Below, piece by piece: positions 1-10,084 of a stretch of DNA of 64,000 nt. How positions within the stretch are numbered: position 1 is the stretch's first letter; each line of letters starts with the position of its first letter. The DNA comes from a virus: the IMG/VR virus record IMGVR_UViG_3300036715_002570, positions 1-64,000 of that record; one strand, 5' to 3'. Below the pieces are notes generated by a model. The model was given only the letters and a program-made list of their open reading frames with translations, was not told the DNA's origin and did not search any database. Both the position numbers and the translations under genes were made by a program.

Positions 1-1066
1 CCCCGGCAACACCCCACTGTTCGATTCCGTTGGTGACCTGATCACCGAGTTCGAAGGAGCTGCCCGCTGGGCAGCTCCCGACACCGCATTCCTGGTGACG
101 GCAATCACCGACGGCCAAGAATACGGGTCCCGCCGCTGGAACGCAAGCATGATCGCGCGCAAGATGCGCGAACTGCAAGCGACCGATCGTTGGACGTTTG
201 TGTTCCGTGTTCCGCGAGGCTACGCTCGTGAACTCGCCCGCCTCGGCATCCCCGCTGACAACATCCTCGAATGGGATCAAACCGCCCGCGGTGTGGAAGT
301 CGCAACCCGCGCTACCGAATCCGCATTCGACGGCTACTTCCAAGCTCGCGCGATGGGCGCAACTTCGACGAAGAAGTTCTACGCCGACTCCAACATGGCG
401 AAGGTTGACCTGAAGACCGTCCAGGCGAATCTGGTCGACATCTCCAGCCTTGTCAACATCTGGATGACGTCTGCCAAGGAAACGATCGCTCCGTACTGTG
501 AGCGCATGTCCGGCAAGCCGTTCATCAAGGGCGCCGCGTTCTACCAACTGGTTAAGACTGAATCTGACGTGCAAGACTACAAGAAGATCGTGATCCGTCA
601 CAAGGCGACGGGCGCAGTCTACGGTGGTGACGCTGCTCGTCAACTGCTCAGCCTGCCGCTGACCGGCACGTGCGGCCTGCGCGTCGGCGACAACGGCGAC
701 TACGATGTGTACGTGCAATCGACCTCGGTCAACCGCGTTCTGCCTCCTGGCACGACGCTGCTGTACTGGCCGACGCATACCCAGACTCATGTCGCACCCA
801 CCACGCCGGTCGCACCGACTCTGCATCCGAACCAACAAGCCGCAAAGAAGACTGTCGCCTCCGGCAAGACGACTCGCGGTGCTACGCACGGCCCGGCTGT
901 TGCTCCGAAGGTGTCGGCCGATTTCGTGGCTGGTTACAAAGCCGGCTTCCAACAAGGCAAGGCAAAGCTGTCGATGACCGGCACAACTGGCACAACTGAG
1001 TACGCGCTCGGCTTCCGTGCCGGGTACAAGGACGGCCGCGGCAAGAAGAAGAACCTCTACAAGTAA
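1..1066 (+). CDS. vWA-domain protein (5' partial)
   Basis: Frame open from window start; TPLFDSV and VTAITDGQE are MIDAS-type motifs. Confidence 0.6.
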   Translation, partial: PGNTPLFDSVGDLITEFEGAARWAAPDTAFLVTAITDGQEYGSRRWNASMIARKMRELQATDRWTFVFRVPRGYARELARLGIPADNILEWDQTARGVEVATRATESAFDGYFQARAMGATSTKKFYADSNMAKVDLKTVQANLVDISSLVNIWMTSAKETIAPYCERMSGKPFIKGAAFYQLVKTESDVQDYKKIVIRHKATGAVYGGDAARQLLSLPLTGTCGLRVGDNGDYDVYVQSTSVNRVLPPGTTLLYWPTHTQTHVAPTTPVAPTLHPNQQAAKKTVASGKTTRGATHGPAVAPKVSADFVAGYKAGFQQGKAKLSMTGTTGTTEYALGFRAGYKDGRGKKKNLYK

Positions 1067-1140
1067 CCCACAACGGGTTTGTTGAGCGGGAAGATGTGTT
1101 CAGTTTACCTGAACACATCTTCCCTTTTTCAGGATTCGAT

Positions 1141-1395
1141 ATGGCAAATCGCAAAAAATACTACGCGTTACCGGACTACCAAACCGTAACGGAGAACATC
1201 GACACCTACCTCAAAGCTTGGCGTACGATGGCAGAACCCGTTGAGCAAGCCCTCGGAGTTACAATGACAGGTTTTGATCCTGCGGTTGTGTTCCAGAAGG
1301 GCAATCCACAATCAAGCAACGTCGCGTCTGTCCAACTCCCCGTTTGGTTTGTTCGCGACCTGTCCAACTCACTTCGTAAGGCAGCGCCCCTGTGA
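1141..1395 (+). CDS. hypothetical protein
   Basis: ORF with AGGA RBS; overlaps next start. Confidence 0.5.
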   Translation: MANRKKYYALPDYQTVTENIDTYLKAWRTMAEPVEQALGVTMTGFDPAVVFQKGNPQSSNVASVQLPVWFVRDLSNSLRKAAPL

Positions 1396-1928
1396 CCCTC
1401 AAATCCCCACTGAATCGTAGACTGATCGCCACTTCAGCGTCCGACAGCTTTCGAGGCATGGGGGCAGCAGAAATAGGACTACCGTTGACACCTCATCCCG
1501 GGGCGTTTGCTGCTCAACGTCGACACCATCAACACGAGGGCGTCGACCTGTACGGCAGTGAAGATGAGCCTGTGTACGCAATGACGGACGGTGTTGTTGT
1601 TTCTGTGTACAAATTCACAGGCGAAAGCGTTGGAATGCCGTGGTGGAATGAGACGTCTGCTGTCGCCATTGAAGACGACACAGGAATCTGGGTATACGGT
1701 GAGCTTGAACCAGCAGAGCACCTTGTGCCTGGGTACCAGCTGCATCAAGGGCAGTACGTTGGATGCCTCAGGCCAGTACTCAAGAACGACAAAGGTCGTC
1801 CAACGACGATGCTTCACCTTGAGCGTTGGACAAAAGGGTCGAAACCATTCACACGTAATTGGCTGCTTGGCGAACCACAACCCACTGACATGCTTGACCC
1901 AACACCACTTCTACTTGAGATTAGGTAG
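1392..1928 (+). CDS. M23 family peptidase
   Basis: HEGVD and HLE zinc motifs. Confidence 0.75.
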   Translation: MTLKSPLNRRLIATSASDSFRGMGAAEIGLPLTPHPGAFAAQRRHHQHEGVDLYGSEDEPVYAMTDGVVVSVYKFTGESVGMPWWNETSAVAIEDDTGIWVYGELEPAEHLVPGYQLHQGQYVGCLRPVLKNDKGRPTTMLHLERWTKGSKPFTRNWLLGEPQPTDMLDPTPLLLEIR

Positions 1929-2093
1929 GACATCATGGAACGTAAGACAGACGAACTAGGAAGTTACGTTGAGTTTTCTCACTTTGGTGATACTAAGGAA
2001 CAGATCATCGCCAAACTAATTGAGCACCAAGAGCAACGGGCAGAGGAATACGAACAAGCTCGTGACCGCCGCGACGGCTAACCAAGGATCAAC

Positions 2094-2840
2094 ATGAAAC
2101 CATACATTGGTGTAACCGACTTTACCAGTCGTGCTCAAGTGGAGCAAGCAAAGGCTCTGATTCCAACAGACGCCAACCGCCGTCTGCATGTTGGCGTGAT
2201 GATGAGCTACAAGACGCTGAACCATATCCCAACAGCAACTGGCTGGGAAAGGATCTGGCCAAACCAAGCTCAACTTCGCAGCATTTTTGCTGACGATCCA
2301 GAAGTGTTTAACGTACTGCACTATGCTGATTACGATGATTTGACAGACCTCAGCCACCTTACTGCAGCTACGCTGATTGCTGGTCCGAATGTGCACGGTC
2401 TGCAGCTCGATATGAAGTGGCCGCTCCCGACAATGCTGACACAGTACAAAGCGATCAACGGCCACATCAAGTTGATCGTCCAAGTTGGCGCTACAGCAAT
2501 GGCGGAGTCGACCGACTGGGAACGCGATCTCGCTGCATACGAAGGGATTGCCGACTATGTTCTACTCGATAGCGGAATGGGTCGAGGCAAAACGTTCAGC
2601 CCCGATCTAATGCTACACAACGTTGCTGTCGCACTGAAGTACTTTGACCAAAATCAAATCGCTGTTGCGGGTGGCCTCGGTCCAGAGACGTACCTAAATC
2701 TGAAGCCGATTGTTGAGCTGTATCCACAGATCAGCTGCGATGCACAAGGCCGCCTTCGCGACAGTGGTAGCGCCAAGGATCCACTAAACATGGACCTTGT
2801 TGCGAAGTACGTATCAGGTATTTGTTCACTACTGGAGTAA
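2094..2840 (+). CDS. TIM-barrel protein, phosphoribosylanthranilate-isomerase-like
   Basis: VLLDSGMGRG and VAGGLGPE motifs. Confidence 0.5.
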   Translation: MKPYIGVTDFTSRAQVEQAKALIPTDANRRLHVGVMMSYKTLNHIPTATGWERIWPNQAQLRSIFADDPEVFNVLHYADYDDLTDLSHLTAATLIAGPNVHGLQLDMKWPLPTMLTQYKAINGHIKLIVQVGATAMAESTDWERDLAAYEGIADYVLLDSGMGRGKTFSPDLMLHNVAVALKYFDQNQIAVAGGLGPETYLNLKPIVELYPQISCDAQGRLRDSGSAKDPLNMDLVAKYVSGICSLLE

Positions 2841-3758
2841 TTGGTCAACTAAGGCTTTGGTTTGCTCTGATGTTAAGTTAAAACACTCTGTATCACCACC
2901 GATCTTCCTAGAAGGCGTATATGCGCAATGCATATACGCCTTCTTTATTTGCTGTTCAAGCTTGTAACATTCATACAAAGGCATACTACGTTCAATCAGC
3001 ACTTGAACTGTATAACCACTATTTGAGCGGAACCGTTCATTGGTGGATCGTTTAGTGATTCCAACTTTGGTAAAAGACTCCTCTCCGCTGGCAAATTGCA
3101 CACAATATATCGTACCAGGCAGATCCTTATACTCAGGATTACAGGCGAAAAAATGCTCAGTGTAACAACCTTGGTATCCACACGCTGGACATCCCTGTTT
3201 CATGTTAATGTGATTAGTAACACGTTGTTGAAACTCTCCGTGGGTCGGGCATTTAATTGTGATGTAGTCTTTAATGCTAGCGAAGGATAAGCCGGGATAC
3301 GTATATTTCCCGTGGTGAATTTGCTTAGCCCGATCCAAAAATTGATCTTGCGTCAACCTCCGGTTAGCCACTCCTTCAGAATGTCTACATGAACTGCATC
3401 CCGCTCGTCTTGCTATGTGATTAGTTGGTAGTTGGAAGAAGGGTCCGTGGACATGGCATGTTATTTCAACCTTGGTTTTGTTGTTAACGTACGTTACTTT
3501 GGAATAGTCGTATCGGTCGCCGTGAACGGCAATAGCTCGCTCGATGAATAGTTCTGTTGTATGAGTGGTCCGCTGTCGCGAGCAAGTCTGGCATCCAGAC
3601 TCGTATATTAAGTGAGTGTGAGGCGTTTGTTCGAAATAGCCGTGTTCCTTACACCCTATTACGACTGGCCGATCTATCCGTTTGTAGATAGTACGACTAT
3701 AATCGTATCTATCGCCATGAATGGTCATGGCGCGTTTGATAAATTGTTCGGTGTCCAT
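2829..3758 (-). CDS. putative homing endonuclease (repeated zinc-binding modules plus GIY-YIG-like C-terminus)
   Basis: Three HGxRYDYS-like / C..HG.F.Q / GC..C repeats; IY...KVGIT...RF motif. Confidence 0.7.
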   Translation of the reverse strand: MDTEQFIKRAMTIHGDRYDYSRTIYKRIDRPVVIGCKEHGYFEQTPHTHLIYESGCQTCSRQRTTHTTELFIERAIAVHGDRYDYSKVTYVNNKTKVEITCHVHGPFFQLPTNHIARRAGCSSCRHSEGVANRRLTQDQFLDRAKQIHHGKYTYPGLSFASIKDYITIKCPTHGEFQQRVTNHINMKQGCPACGYQGCYTEHFFACNPEYKDLPGTIYCVQFASGEESFTKVGITKRSTNERFRSNSGYTVQVLIERSMPLYECYKLEQQIKKAYMHCAYTPSRKIGGDTECFNLTSEQTKALVDQLLQ

Positions 3759-3806
3759 AAATATCTCCTGTGGTGGTATTTATGTTACCACCACAGGAGA
3801 TATAAG

Positions 3807-4923
3807 ATGAATACGTACCAGCAAACCTTGTATGCTGATCTGATACAGTTGTGCCAGAAGGAAGCGTTTAACTTTGTTGACCAACAGGTTGAAGGAACCA
3901 CGTTCCGTATCTTCACGTATCGCCTCGCGTCGTACACAGACTTCCTAACGCTCTGGAATGTCGGGGACACATGTTCGAACTTGATGCGACCGGCAATCCG
4001 GTCGCATTGGTGGCGTTGCCGCCTCCAAAGTTCTTCAACAACGAAGAGAACCCATTGACGATGGGGTTGGATTTCTCTAACCCCCGGCAAATCATGTTGA
4101 AAATGGACGGTTCCCTCATCAACACATACATGATGAGTTGTGGTAAGCTACGGTTGAAATCAAAGGCATCCCTTGCTTCCGACCAAGCTGTAGCTGCAAT
4201 GAGTCTCCTTGAGACAACTCCTGACTTCAAAGCAGAGCTGGAACAGCTTGTGTGCCAAGGATACACTGTATCAATGGAGTTCATCAGCCCCACAAATCGC
4301 ATCGTAGTGGGCTATGCAACACCTGATTTGGTGGTGCTGGCAGTTCGCAACCACAACGATGGATCTTTCGTGTACAAAGATGACGATCTCCTAGCAAACT
4401 ACCCGACCATTGTTAACAAATGGGTTAATCATGTTGAAACGACTAACCCTGTGCAGTTTGTTCAAAGCATCAAGGATGTTGAAGGAATTGAGGGCTACGT
4501 AATTCAACTGCGCACAGGTCAATTCGTCAAATGCAAGTCGATGTGGTACATGTCGCTTCACCATGCAAAGGATTCGATCAACAACCCCGTCGCCTGTTCG
4601 AAGCAGTCATCGACGAGGGCGTCGATGATCTCCGTTCGATGTTCGCCCATGACGAGCTCGCAATGAAGCAGATCGATGAGATGCAGACCAAGGTGATGGT
4701 GATGTACAACCACCTCGCCACTGTGTGTGAACAGTATCACGCTGATCACAAGCACGAAGATCGCAAGACGTACGCAATTGGCGCACAAGGTCTGGAACTG
4801 AACAAGATTCGGTTGCTGAGTCTGGTGATGAATATGTACCTCGGTAAGGATCCGGACTTCAAGGGCTGGTTGAAGGGCAAATACCGCGAATTGGGATTCC
4901 GAGATACTTCAATCTCTGACTGA
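3807..4923 (+). pseudogene. T4 Rnl1-like RNA ligase, two frameshifts (about 3945 and 4585)
   Basis: YRLASY, ALECRGHMFE, KFFN, KMDGS, EGYV, K.K motifs spread over three frames. Confidence 0.8.
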
Positions 4924-5589
4924 TTGGATGGCCCACTGCCGCTTGTAGAGGTTACCGGCACTGGCTGCAGCATACACACTGGATATCTTCCATCCACGTT
5001 GACGACACCAATCCTTAATGTCGTCAACGTGGATGATCTCTCCGGTATTTGCGTTAGTTAGAATCCACCTTCTTGCATTGGGGTTGTTCGATCCAACAGC
5101 ATTACTTCCACAGTGTCGCATTCGACACTCAGTTAGGATTGTCTGAACATGAGGTGGCCGTGGAACACCTATTTTGCTATTGGCAATGTTTTGTCGATGT
5201 TGTTGTGAATATGTGCGACCCAGGTTAACCAAGCGTAGTTTTTGTCGCGTCTCTTCTGTTGGTACGTATCCATGCATACCGTCTCCGCCACGAGTCATGT
5301 TGTATCCTTTAGTGGGGTGATCTACGTAGAACGTTTGATATGAGGCAATCAGAGCGACTTCCATCTGCTTCGCCTCACCTGCTGTATTCACCGTCAGCAA
5401 TTCTGTGCACGTGAAAGAATTTACTCCGTACTTCTTCATGGCTTTATGCACTAAACACTTTGGATGTGCCCCTCGAGCACATGTCTGGTGGCGGGCGAAC
5501 CGCCTCTCAACTGTCGTCCCCGTAATGCCAACATACCGCTTACCGTTGATCAAATTCTCTATCAAATATACCCTGTACATATTTTCCAC
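4909..5589 (-). CDS. GIY-YIG homing endonuclease with NUMOD3-like repeats
   Basis: VYLIENLINGKRYVG, GYNMTRGG, EETRQKL. Confidence 0.85.
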   Translation of the reverse strand: MENMYRVYLIENLINGKRYVGITGTTVERRFARHQTCARGAHPKCLVHKAMKKYGVNSFTCTELLTVNTAGEAKQMEVALIASYQTFYVDHPTKGYNMTRGGDGMHGYVPTEETRQKLRLVNLGRTYSQQHRQNIANSKIGVPRPPHVQTILTECRMRHCGSNAVGSNNPNARRWILTNANTGEIIHVDDIKDWCRQRGWKISSVYAAASAGNLYKRQWAIQSVRD

Positions 5590-6272
5590 TCCCTAGTAGA
5601 AGGTATATATGCAAAACGATGTCAAGTACAAGGAGCTCGGCTTCAAGGACACGTCAGTGGAGAAGGCTGAATGAACATTGAGACGATGCAATGCGAGAAT
5701 CCCAAGCTTCAACGCTTGCTTGACGTAATTGGGATTCTCGACCATTACAAGGTAACCGGTGTATTTGGCGATGACGGGTCGATTGTATTCATCCTAGCAA
5801 ACGACGAGGTAGTACACCCCGCTCATGTTCACCTCCTGAATACTATGTACGGTACTTTCAACCAGACTGAACCATCCTCATGGGAGGTGCACCTTGACTG
5901 AATTTGTCAATCCATATGAGATGGTCGATGAGTCGTGGACAAACGAGCAGGATCCCGATGGCTCCTGCTCGCGAGCATCGGTGTTATCAGACGACGGGGT
6001 TCGAACAACGCACCGATTCGGACGGTAACCAACTGCCATACCGCCTCAGGGGAATTACGCGGACGATCATTCAGCATCGGTACAATCCTCTGTTTGGTGA
6101 TGGTCGCACGTGCACATGCGGTCATTCATACTACCGTCACTTTGACAGTCATGAGAACAACACGCCCGTAGGTTGCAAGTATTGCGCTTGCTTCAAGTTC
6201 GTAGAAAAGAAAGACTAGTCAAACCAGCTGGGTCATAAATATCAGGCAACCCTCTCCCGAAGGAACCTGACA

Positions 6273-7304
6273 ATGACAACAGAAGGCTACGTAATCGCGC
6301 GCAACCGTAAGACAAGCGACCAGTTTTTCACCTCCTCCAGCTCGTACGACCGCCCACGTTGGATTCCTGTATCCGAAGCGACCGTATATCTTAGTGCCGA
6401 TCTCGCTCAGAAAGCGGCCGTTAAGCTCGGTATCAATGGTGCGTATGGCGCCGTTGTTCGTCCTCTAAAAGAGGCGATCAGCCTAGAGATGCCAGACGAC
6501 AAGATGGATCAGATGCCTGCTCAAGGTGCAGAAAACCAGACTCCTGGTGTTGATGACGCAGCTGTTGGTGCTGAGCAAGACGCAGCACACGCAGATCCAG
6601 AGTCAGGCATGACAGCTGACGACCAAGAAGACCCATGCCCAGAATGCAAGCATTGCCCATGCACGTGCCACGATCACGAAGGTGATGACGAAGTTGACGG
6701 TGAGATCGCCGATCACTTTGATGGAGACGAAGAGCCTGATGACGAAGCTGGCGACGTAATTGATGACGTTGATGCAGCCGTCTCGAAGCAAGCTCCCAAT
6801 GCACGTATGGAAGGCCTCGACACAACAGTGACGAAGATCACATACAAGCAAAACGCTGTCGACCAGGATGTTAGCCCCATTGATTCGGGTGCAGACGCTC
6901 CCGAAGGCAAGGTAGCCGTTCCTGCCGACATCAAGTCAGAACTTGCCGCAGCAATTGCCGACTTTGACAAACAAGCAAAAGCAAACAACGAAGTTGACGA
7001 CGCGAAGGCAACATTTGCGATGACTGTACATTCGGCGCTGTCGCAGTTGAAAGCTGACCTTGATCTAGGCACATCTCTAGGCATGAAGCAAGCTCAGATC
7101 CACATGACAAGCTGGATGAGCCCAATTACCCAACACGTTCCTCTGAATGTCAAGAAGTTTGTCCAGCAAGGTGGCCGTAAGTCATCATTGAAGGATCTAT
7201 TTGACACTAAGAAGACAGAAAAGAAGGTGATTGCAGAGTCGGAAGAGAACCTGCGAGCAGAACAACTACTCGCACAGCGTTTGGCTGCTGTCAAGAGGGC
7301 ATAA
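6273..7304 (+). CDS. acidic hypothetical protein, late-expressed
   Basis: 343-aa ORF preceded by CATAAATA and RBS. Confidence 0.6.
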   Translation: MTTEGYVIARNRKTSDQFFTSSSSYDRPRWIPVSEATVYLSADLAQKAAVKLGINGAYGAVVRPLKEAISLEMPDDKMDQMPAQGAENQTPGVDDAAVGAEQDAAHADPESGMTADDQEDPCPECKHCPCTCHDHEGDDEVDGEIADHFDGDEEPDDEAGDVIDDVDAAVSKQAPNARMEGLDTTVTKITYKQNAVDQDVSPIDSGADAPEGKVAVPADIKSELAAAIADFDKQAKANNEVDDAKATFAMTVHSALSQLKADLDLGTSLGMKQAQIHMTSWMSPITQHVPLNVKKFVQQGGRKSSLKDLFDTKKTEKKVIAESEENLRAEQLLAQRLAAVKRA

Positions 7305-7854
7305 GATGAAGTTCACAGAAATCACGTCGAGTATCACAGAATCAAAGCAAAGTAAGGCGAGTCGTGTTCAGAAGCTGCTTAACGAACGAGCAGCTCTGAG
7401 GAACGAATACCGCAAGGCTATTGAGGCTGGTGATACCGAGCGCGTTGATACTCTCAACGTCAAACTCAACCGTCTGACAGAGACGATCGAAGCTTTACAG
7501 GAGTCTGCATCTCCCAAAGTCGCAACTCGAGCATACATTGCTCAATTGAAGCGTGACCTAGCTGAATTGCATCAGAATCCGAGTAGTCAGGAGGGATACG
7601 ATGCCCGAGACGAACTACTCGCCAAGATCAAGAAAGCAGAATCGGAACTTGCATCGATGACGGAATCGGGCGATACAGCGCTAGCCTATCAAGCAGCTCG
7701 TCAGCAAGCGGTTGAAATCTTGAAACGGTTGTCTGGCCAAGTTGATACTCTGACAGAACAACACGTCCGTCATGGGAATGACTGGGGCTACGTCAATGCG
7801 ATGCGAGCAACAGTAGCCAAACTGCAGGAAATCAGCGACTCCTTTGGAGATTGA
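7305..7854 (+). CDS. coiled-coil hypothetical protein (MKFTEI N-terminus)
   Basis: ORF directly after previous stop. Confidence 0.55.
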
Positions 7855-8145
7855 TGTTACTGCACGAATTGCAAAATGCCACACCAAGAGCTGGCCGAGC
7901 GAATTGTCAAACGAGGCCAGCGTCAAACCATCAAGCCAGAGCCACTCGGCGATAGCCAACATGGCACTGTAATTTCGCAGCCACACTAACCCAATACCGT
8001 GCTGAATCGGATGCACTGTGACGGGTTCTACGAGGACATTCACCCAGGCAACATGATGGTCTGGCGCTCTCCGTACGGCTTCCAACTGGTGTTCACTGAC
8101 CCGTTTACCTCACACCATTCCGCAGGCGAAGAATCGAGTAGTTGA
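7854..8145 (+). pseudogene. kinase-like fragment
   Basis: Frame-broken; encodes DIHPGNMMV...LVFTDPF. Confidence 0.4.
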
Positions 8146-8247
8146 CTTTTTCGTCACTTCGCATATATACTACGACATCGCTGAACAATTCAGCATCCGA
8201 AAAAGATTGGCGAACCCAGTTGACATCTTCATAAATAGATGTACAGT
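8142..8247 (+). promoter_or_regulatory. tandem sigma70-like promoters of tRNA operon 1
   Basis: TTGACT-18-TATACT (8142-8171) and TTGACA-16-TACAGT (8220-8247). Confidence 0.6.
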
Positions 8248-8284
8248 TCACTAATCGACTGACATTAACGCTCTAAGCAACATC

Positions 8285-8422
8285 ATGACCCATCAACTCC
8301 GACAATCCAGTTTGCAGCTCAGCCAACATTGGCTGGGGATGCTCTCCGTCCGTTCAGAGCTGTGTGGTGATTATAGCTTCGAACAACCCACGACCGCCCT
8401 TTGTGGAGAAACTCTAGCGTAA
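8285..8422 (+). CDS. attenuator leader peptide 1 (45 aa)
   Basis: MTHQLRQSSLQLSQHWLGMLSVRSELCGDYSFEQPTTALCGETLA; 3' codons complementary to terminator arm; weak SD. Confidence 0.75.
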   Translation: MTHQLRQSSLQLSQHWLGMLSVRSELCGDYSFEQPTTALCGETLA

Positions 8423-8444
8423 ACCGCGAAAAGTTCAGATCAAA

Positions 8445-8480
8445 CACAAAGGGCTCTTGAGAAATCAAGGGCCTTTTTTG
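8445..8480 (+). terminator. attenuator terminator 1
   Basis: AAAGGGCTCTTGA-GAAA-TCAAGGGCCTTTTTT. Confidence 0.85.
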
Positions 8481-8536
8481 TTTGCCTTGAGCAAAACAGT
8501 TAACGTCATCCAATTGGCTGAACCTCTGAACTGTCA

Positions 8537-8552
8537 CGATCTTTAACAATTT
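8537..8552 (+). promoter_or_regulatory. rrn-type boxA
   Basis: CGATCTTTAACAATTT vs TGCTCTTTAACAATTT. Confidence 0.7.
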
Positions 8553-8599
8553 GTGTTGTTCCGATAAGCCTAGTGCTTATCGGCAAACAAAAGTTCAAT

Positions 8600-8675
8600 G
8601 GTGGCCATAGTGTAGTGGTCTGCATGAGATGCTGTGAACATCTCGGTACCGGTTCGATCCCGGTTGGACACCCCA
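8600..8675 (+). tRNA. tRNA-His(GTG)
   Basis: Cloverleaf, G-1, CCA encoded. Confidence 0.9.
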
Positions 8676-8721
8676 AGTTGGGTTCAACGTAAATATATGT
8701 TGAACCCAACGGAGAACAGAA

Positions 8722-9180
8722 TTGCCAGCAAAGATCAAGATATGCACGCAGTGTAAAGCTGAAAAGCCACTCACTGATTACCGGAAGGATAGAAGCAGAT
8801 TAGACGGTCGAAACTCACATTGCAACGTGTGCGCTAGGGAGAAACAAAGTATTCGATATCAAGAAGTATATGCAGCGTCCCGATCGATTCGCGACAAAGC
8901 ACTTCGTGATGCGAATAAACAGAGAATAGATGAATACAAATCAAGTGGCTGCGTTCTTTGTCATGAAGACGAAACCAGCTGTCTCGATTTCCATCACCTT
9001 GATGCAGATAAGAAAGAGTTTGGAATTGGCGGGAACACGCATCGCACTTGGTCGTATATTGAGCGCGAGCTTGCTAAGTGTGTTCTTGTTTGCAAAAACT
9101 GCCATACAAAGATACATGCTGGATTGATTGAACTACTTTTGCCAATAAGCATTGGAACTGCGTCAGGAACCGCAGGATAA
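8722..9180 (+). CDS. HNH endonuclease
   Basis: CTQC, LDFHH, CKNCH..IH. Confidence 0.8.
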   Translation: MPAKIKICTQCKAEKPLTDYRKDRSRLDGRNSHCNVCAREKQSIRYQEVYAASRSIRDKALRDANKQRIDEYKSSGCVLCHEDETSCLDFHHLDADKKEFGIGGNTHRTWSYIERELAKCVLVCKNCHTKIHAGLIELLLPISIGTASGTAG

Positions 9181-9249
9181 ACATAACGCCGGACCGCTAA
9201 GAGACAGTCGAGTAGCCTTCAGACTGTGGAGTGCGATAAAGGAATAATT

Positions 9250-9324
9250 CGTCTCGTGGTGTATCAGTGCACACAGTCCGCGAGGGGCTGAGGAGTTGAT
9301 CGTTAAATTCGATCCGAGACGACA
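9250..9324 (+). ncRNA. tRNA-like RNA with non-canonical anticodon and T loops
   Basis: CGTCTCG/CGAGACG acceptor, D, anticodon and T stems all pair. Confidence 0.5.
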
Positions 9325-9327
9325 AAT

Positions 9328-9416
9328 GGATGATTGGCAGAGTGGTCGATCGCGGGAGTTTGCTAAACTCCAGGGCCTTCACAGGCCCCACAGGTTCGAA
9401 TCCTGTATCATCCGCA
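9328..9416 (+). tRNA. tRNA-Ser(GCT)
   Basis: Cloverleaf with long variable arm. Confidence 0.9.
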
Positions 9417-9423
9417 GATATAT

Positions 9424-9509
9424 GCCTTCGTGCAGGGAATTGGTAGACCGAGCACGCTCAAAACGTGTTGACTCGAAAGGGTGTGGGTTCGAATCCCACC
9501 GAAGGTACA
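9424..9509 (+). tRNA. tRNA-Leu(CAA)
   Basis: Cloverleaf with long variable arm. Confidence 0.9.
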
Positions 9510-9514
9510 AACAT

Positions 9515-9586
9515 CTCCGATAAGTGTTACGGTAGCACTTGACGTTTGGGGCGTTGGGCGCAGGTTCGATTCCTGCATCAGAGACA
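9515..9586 (+). tRNA. tRNA-Pro(TGG)
   Basis: Cloverleaf, some mismatches. Confidence 0.7.
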
Positions 9587-9603
9587 GAAGATGTGTGTAG
9601 TGT

Positions 9604-9681
9604 CTGGGTATATTGTCAGCCTGGCCAGACGGCTCGCCTTGGAAGTGAGAGGACGCAGGTTCGAATCCTGCTACCCAGACA
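9604..9681 (+). tRNA. tRNA-Pro(TGG)
   Basis: Cloverleaf. Confidence 0.85.
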
Positions 9682-9695
9682 GTACACATATCAAT

Positions 9696-9770
9696 CTCTC
9701 CGTGGTGAAACTGGATATCACAGAAGACTACGAATCTTCAGTTCCGGGCTCGAGTCCTGGCGGAGGGACA
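9696..9770 (+). tRNA. tRNA-Arg(ACG)
   Basis: Cloverleaf. Confidence 0.85.
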
Positions 9771-9853
9771 TAAACTGCTGCGTAGTTGACAGATACTTCA
9801 AAACTCAAATATGATACTACAAGATCAACTGTCGACGCCTTTGGCTCAGTTTA
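9771..9853 (+). ncRNA. Y-RNA-like RNA copy 1 (no tRNA module)
   Basis: TGCTGCGTAGT-stem-ATACTTC ... ACG-N7-CTCA motif. Confidence 0.5.
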
Positions 9854-9888
9854 CACGTATGCAGGGAAGAATAACAGAACATGATTAT

Positions 9889-9966
9889 TGGGGTGAAATC
9901 GAAGTGGCACGAGATACATGGCTTTGAACCATGGTATTAGTAGGTTCGAGTCCTACCACCCTAGCA
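9889..9966 (+). tRNA. tRNA-Gln(TTG)
   Basis: Cloverleaf. Confidence 0.85.
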
Positions 9967-10002
9967 TACAAGGAGACAGTTCAACTCCTTCCCTTTGCCA
10001 AT

Positions 10003-10077
10003 CTCACCTTAGCTCAACTGGAAGAGCACCTGTCTGAAGAACAGGGTGTTGCAGGTTCAAGTCCTGCTGGGGGAGCA
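10003..10077 (+). tRNA. tRNA-Phe(GAA)
   Basis: Cloverleaf, imperfect acceptor stem. Confidence 0.7.
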
Positions 10078-10084
10078 AAACATT

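Noticed and set aside
1-1066. Ro60/TROVE partner of the Y-like RNAs
   Set aside because: Only vWA motifs are visible, followed by a long unrelated C-terminal region; N-terminus is outside the window.
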